The position numbers were made by a program, and so were the translations under genes. A DNA stretch of 64,000 bases from Heptranchias perlo. Taxonomy: Eukaryota. The notes below the pieces were generated by a model. It saw only the letters and a program-made list of their open reading frames with translations, was not told where the DNA came from and did not search any database. Of this stretch, positions 54,365-64,000 are shown one piece after another. Location: assembly GCF_035084215.1 (NCBI RefSeq), contig NC_090364.1, positions 4,278,001 to 4,342,000 of the forward strand. Reading direction: 5' to 3'. The first letter of the stretch is position 1. The number at the start of each line of letters is the position of its first letter.

Positions 54365-55240
54365 TAATGTATTGAAGTTTGTTAACAATACAAAGCTAGG
54401 GGGGAAAGTAAGCTGTGAGGAGAACACAAAGTGTCTGCAAAGGGATCTTGACAGGTTAGGTGAGTGGGCAGGGTGGTGGCAGATGAAATATGAGGTTATT
54501 CACTTTGGTAGGAAGAATAGAAAAACAATATGTTTTAAATGGTGAGAATCTAGTCAACGTTGGTGTTGAGAGATTTAGGTGTTCTCATACAAGAAACACA
54601 GTTAGTATGCAGGAAATTAGGAAAGCAAATGGCATATTGGCCTTTAGTGCAAGGGGGTTGGAGTGCAAGAGTAATTAGTCTTACGACAGTTCTACAGGAC
54701 TTTGGTGAAACCTTACCTGGAGTACTGCGTACAGTATTGGTCTCCTGATGTAAGGATATACTTACCTTAGAGGCAGTGCAACGAAGGCTCATTCGATTAA
54801 TTCCTGGGATGAGAGGGTTGTCTTAAGGAGAGGTTGTGTAGAATAGGCCTACATCACTGGAGTTTAGAAAAATGACCTCATTAAAAGATGAGGGGATTTG
54901 ATAGGATAGATGCTGAGAGATTGTTGGCCCTGGCTAGAGAGTCTAGAAATAGGAGGTATAGGCACAGAATAGGTGGGGTCACTGATTCAAGATTGAGAGC
55001 AGGAGGAATTTCTTCATGCAGAGGGTTGTGAATTGTTAGAATTCTCTACCTTAGAGGGCGAGGGATGCTGAGTCATTAAATATATTCAAAGCAGAAAAGG
55101 ATAGATTCTTCTTCTCTAGGGAAAAATCAAGGGATAATAGGGAAATCAGGCAGGAAAGTAGAGTTGAGGGCACAGATCAGCCATAATCTAATCCAGCCTG
55201 CTCTGCCATTCAAGGGCATGTATGGCCTACTCCTATTTGT
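54365..55240 (+). mobile_element. Degenerate CR1-type LINE 3' portion
   Basis: Translates to KFVNNTKLGG..LQRDLDRLGEWA..WQM..EVIHFGRKN..RDLGVL..RKANGILAF (CR1 RT C-terminus) and ends in gatcagccat...tggcctactcct. Confidence 0.85.
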
Positions 55241-55449
55241 GTATAGACTGGTGGTTTATCCTGTACTAGTGCATTGATAAGTATTATACAGCCACTTAAT
55301 TATACAATAAAAAGACAAACCAGTTCAATGATGAATTGCTTTTATTTCCATGTGCAGATGAGAAGTGGGAATTAACCACTAAGCATTCACCACGAGAATT
55401 TGGTCATTTAATTTTCACCAAATATAGAACTAATGGTTTAGAACCCCAG

Positions 55450-58976
<3,527 letters not shown>

Positions 58977-60652
58977 TGTTTCTATATTAGTATTTTTTTA
59001 AACTATGCCCAGAAAATTCTAGAATTACCCACTTCCCCCACAAGCTCTTGTATTTATACTACTGGGACAGCCTGCATTTAAGCAAGGAATGACATCACCA
59101 ATGATGATTGGCTGTCAGGGATTGTCAATCAGGAATCTCCATGAATTCAGGCACCAATTAATAATGGGGGGTGGGAGGGTGTGATAACCAGAGCCAATCA
59201 GAGGTTTGGAATACCGGCCGGTTTGGATGATCAGTCTCGGTGATGTCATTGCTTTTGGGATCTTTGACCTCCCTCAAATCTGAAAGTGTCTCTTTGTTGA
59301 AATCTCACGGAATCATAACGTTGAATTATTTGATAATAATTTGCTATTTTCACTGAGTTGGCTTTTCATAATCTGGTCAAGTTTGTTACTTGTTAGTAAT
59401 TGTGACACGGACAATATTCAAAGGAATCAAGTAGTCTTGAGTGAATTTGCAAACCAAACCTTGGACAGAGAAATGGAAATTCCATCCCATGGATGGTGTG
59501 AATCGTCCCCAGTTCTAATATAGAGAATGGGTGTGTCTGAGGATTGGCAGCATGGGGGCATCAACTGGGCAAAGCATTGTGGGATGTGTCATGTTTGGTT
59601 ATTTTTTTCATGAATACTGAATACAATGTCACAGACAGACGCATCCCCATTTACTCCAGCGTGTTAGATGAGTCTTTTTATGGTCAGCTTTCCATGAGGC
59701 TAAAGAATATTTGGAGCTAATTGAAATGATGAGATTCAGATGTTCTAACAGTCTAGCTCATCACAGTGTTTTTCTGAGATCCAAAGTCTTGACATCTGGT
59801 TTCATTGCAGAAGTAGTTCAGTCTTGGTGATGATATGTGTTCCCTTGGATTAAAACTCTGTTTTAGAGGGGGTGGCAGTGATTCACATCCAGATCCACCA
59901 ATCATTGTATAAGACACTAGCTTATTTGGGAGATGCTACCAATGAGCACAGTTGACCCACCTAAACTGGAAATATATCTGGGTATTTATAACTGTATTGG
60001 CCAGAAAGGATCCAAGATGCAGTGAATATTCTGCGGTCACAAAGAGGTTCAACCAGACTGATGGACATCCCTATGTTCATACTCAATGACCACCCAGAAA
60101 CTTTGATTAAGGTCTGTTGTTACTGTTTCTGAGAGAGTGTTTGATTGATTCTTTCCACAGAAGCCCTTAGAATTCAGTATCACTACCTGTAGGGAGTGGG
60201 GATGTTGACAGGTACAAAAAACCTCAAAAAAAAACTGCTCTTCCCGGAGCAGATACTTTTCTTAAATAGAATGGTTCATTGGACTGAAATGGTTTAACCC
60301 ATTTATTGCCTTCATCTTTTAGCAGAAGAAAATGTTACAGCAGCTGTATTGAGTGGTTAAAGAGTCACCATTTATGGAAAGAGCATATCAATCAGCAGTG
60401 GGAACAGTAACTTGTCTTTACTTCTGGTTTCAACACAATCATTGAAATGTACAAATACAACTTGCACTCCAGGTATATACAGGATTGGAATTAGACTTTC
60501 AACAGGTGGCCCTGAACACTGGAAGTGCTCACTGCTCAAAGATTTTTTTCCCCCAGGGAGGTGGAAGGAAGTCATGAGAAATAGAGTTTAAAGCCAGCCC
60601 AGAAATGGAAAAATTTCAATTTCTAAGAATGCAGTGATAATACAAGACTAAC

Positions 60653-60757
60653 CATGGAGAGGTAAACATAGGAGGAATAGAGCTCCATATTGATCTGCTT
60701 GTTGACACCATCCTCACACTCCTTCTGATAGTTCTGACACACTTTGGAATTCATCAT
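60653..60757 (-). other. Orphan ferritin exon 1 with its own promoter (alternative first exon or truncated pseudogene)
   Basis: (M)[34 protein letters not shown] then a GTTAGT donor; TATA/CCAAT block at 60799-61010; no exons 2-4 before the copy-7 promoter. Confidence 0.8.
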
Positions 60758-61061
60758 CACAATGTTTGAGAACTAACCTCTTCCCTCACAAGCTCTTGTA
60801 TTTATACTACTGGGACAGCCTGCATTTAAACAGGGTATGACATCACCAATGATGATTGACAATCCCTGATAGCCACTCAGGAATCTTCCATGAATCCAGG
60901 CACCAATTAACAAAGGACGGGGGGTGTAGGGGCTGGAGGGATGAGACCCTGAGCCAATCAGAGCTTTGGAATACAGGCAGGTTTGGGTGATGAATATCAG
61001 TGATGTCACTGCTTTTGGGTTCTTTGATCTCCCTCAAATCTGAAAGTGCTTCTTTTGAGCT

Positions 61062-61188
61062 TTCTCCACGCCCAGGTGTCTGCCGGTATGCTTGAGATCT
61101 TCCATGACCAGTGGGCACCACAGGGATTGCAGTGTATAGCAGACACTGATAATATTATGATCTAGTTTGAAGAAAAAGAAAGTAAAAC
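61062..61188 (+). mobile_element. Old 5'-truncated Tx1-clade 3' end upstream of the orphan exon 1
   Basis: ggtgtctgccggtatgcttgagatcttccatgaccagtgggcaccacagggattgcagtgtat...tag + A-rich tail; absent from the paralogous promoter at ~59290. Confidence 0.75.
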
Positions 61189-62019
61189 ATTGGCTTTAGT
61201 GGTTGCTGGTGCAATTGTGAGCACTTTTGGAGGATTCCTATAGATTAAGTAAGATCTCTAAAGGGAGTGGTCCTGGAGAGGAGGGTGCCTCTTTGTTTAA
61301 AACCCTCAGGGACGCAACTTTGAATTATTTGATAATTCACTGAAGTGGCTTTTCATAATCTGGGTAAGTTTATTACTTGCAAGTAATTGTGGTGAGGATA
61401 CAATATTCATAGCAATCAAATCATTTAAGGGAATTTGTAAACCAATCATTGGACAGAGAAATGGAAATTTCATCCCATGGATGGTGTGAATCGTCCCCAG
61501 TTCTAATATAGAGAATGGGTGTGTCTGAGGATTGGCAGCATGGGGGCATCAACTGTGCAAAGGATTACATTGTGCTGGTGTTCAGGACCACAGTATTTCT
61601 TTCTCCAGTACCTTACCTAAATTCTTATTCATGTGAAGGTATAGGCAGTGTTGGTAGGTTATTCAACTACTCAGGGAGATGGGTGCAGATAGAGAAGAGT
61701 TCTTTCTTAAATAGGATTGCTCATTGGACCCAAATGGTTTAACAGTTGCTCATTTCCTTGTTTTAACATATTACAGCTGATATTTTGTTGTACAGGGTTT
61801 AAAAGAGTTGCCATTTATGCAAACAATATTCATCAGCAGTAGGAACAGAAACTTGCAGTATACATTACTGCTAGTCAACACAATGATTGAAATTAGACCT
61901 TCAACATATGGCCCCAAACATCAAAGTCAATAAATTGGAATTACCTTAGAAGGCAGGGGAAAACAAAATTAACAGGACTGAATCCCATGTTCAAGTTGAG
62001 ATTGAAGAGGGCCACATCT

Positions 62020-62340
62020 CTGGAGTTAGACTGGTGAGAGGGGATTTTTTGAAACAGACAAGATTCTGAGGGGGCTTGATGGGGAAGATGCTGTTTCCCC
62101 TGACTGGAGAAATTCAGGATAAAGGACCAGCCATTTCAGACAGATGAAGAGGAATTTTTTCACTCCAAGGGTTGTGAACCTTTGGAATTCTCTACCCCAG
62201 AGGGCTATGGATGATGAGTCTGTTCAAGGTTGAGTTATTCATGGACTCCAGGGGAATCAGGCAGGAAAATGAGGTCAAAGATCAGCTATGATCTTGTTGA
62301 ATGGCAGAGCAAGCTCAAGGGGCCATATGATCAACTCCTT
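62020..62340 (+). mobile_element. Degenerate CR1-type LINE 3' fragment
   Basis: gatgaagaggaattttttcactccaagggttgtgaacctttggaattctctaccccagagggct...gatcagctatgatcttgttgaatggcagagcaagctcaaggggcc. Confidence 0.75.
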
Positions 62341-62559
62341 ATATAATTCAAATTAGGTTACATCAGGAAAAATAAGCAACCAGTTTAAGAGATAACAAAA
62401 ATCCAATTCAACATTATAGTTTATTTACTGTTACATTTCACAACCAGAGCCCAGTTCTTTGTACAAAGTCACAAAAGCCATCATTCTTATAGGAGTGGGG
62501 TCTGGCACAAGACTATATAAACAAGAGTACAAAAAACAGGCTTTATCCCTGCAGTCAGT

Positions 62560-63954
<1,395 letters not shown>

Positions 63955-64000
63955 CTGGAATTTTAACAGAATCATGTCAGACCTAGATCTCACCAACATA

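Overview
Vertebrate genomic DNA, most likely from a cartilaginous fish (inferred from shark-type CR1 and Deu-domain SINE repeats). The window holds a head-to-tail tandem array of four-exon ferritin H/M-type genes, all on the minus strand: 7 complete copies, 1 cut by the window edge, and 1 orphan promoter plus exon 1. The main signal is that Tx1-clade (L1-group) non-LTR retrotransposons have repeatedly and independently inserted into a ~200-bp band 130-350 bp upstream of the ferritin start codons. These comprise two ~6.8-kb full-length elements (one with an intact 1301-aa ORF2) and about 8 5'-truncated pieces of different ages and both orientations, versus one insertion elsewhere. A near-perfect 15,881-bp tandem duplication that created an extra ferritin gene starts exactly at a poly(A)/target-site junction and carries a transduced ferritin-promoter fragment. 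This suggests the retrotransposon targets the array and also expands it. Also present: an internally deleted Harbinger transposon in intron 1 (duplicated), loss or decay of the 5'UTR iron-responsive element, one ferritin with the L-chain-like E62K substitution, chimeric genes, and CR1/L2/SINE fragments. All coordinates and comparisons were read by eye; no database search was possible.
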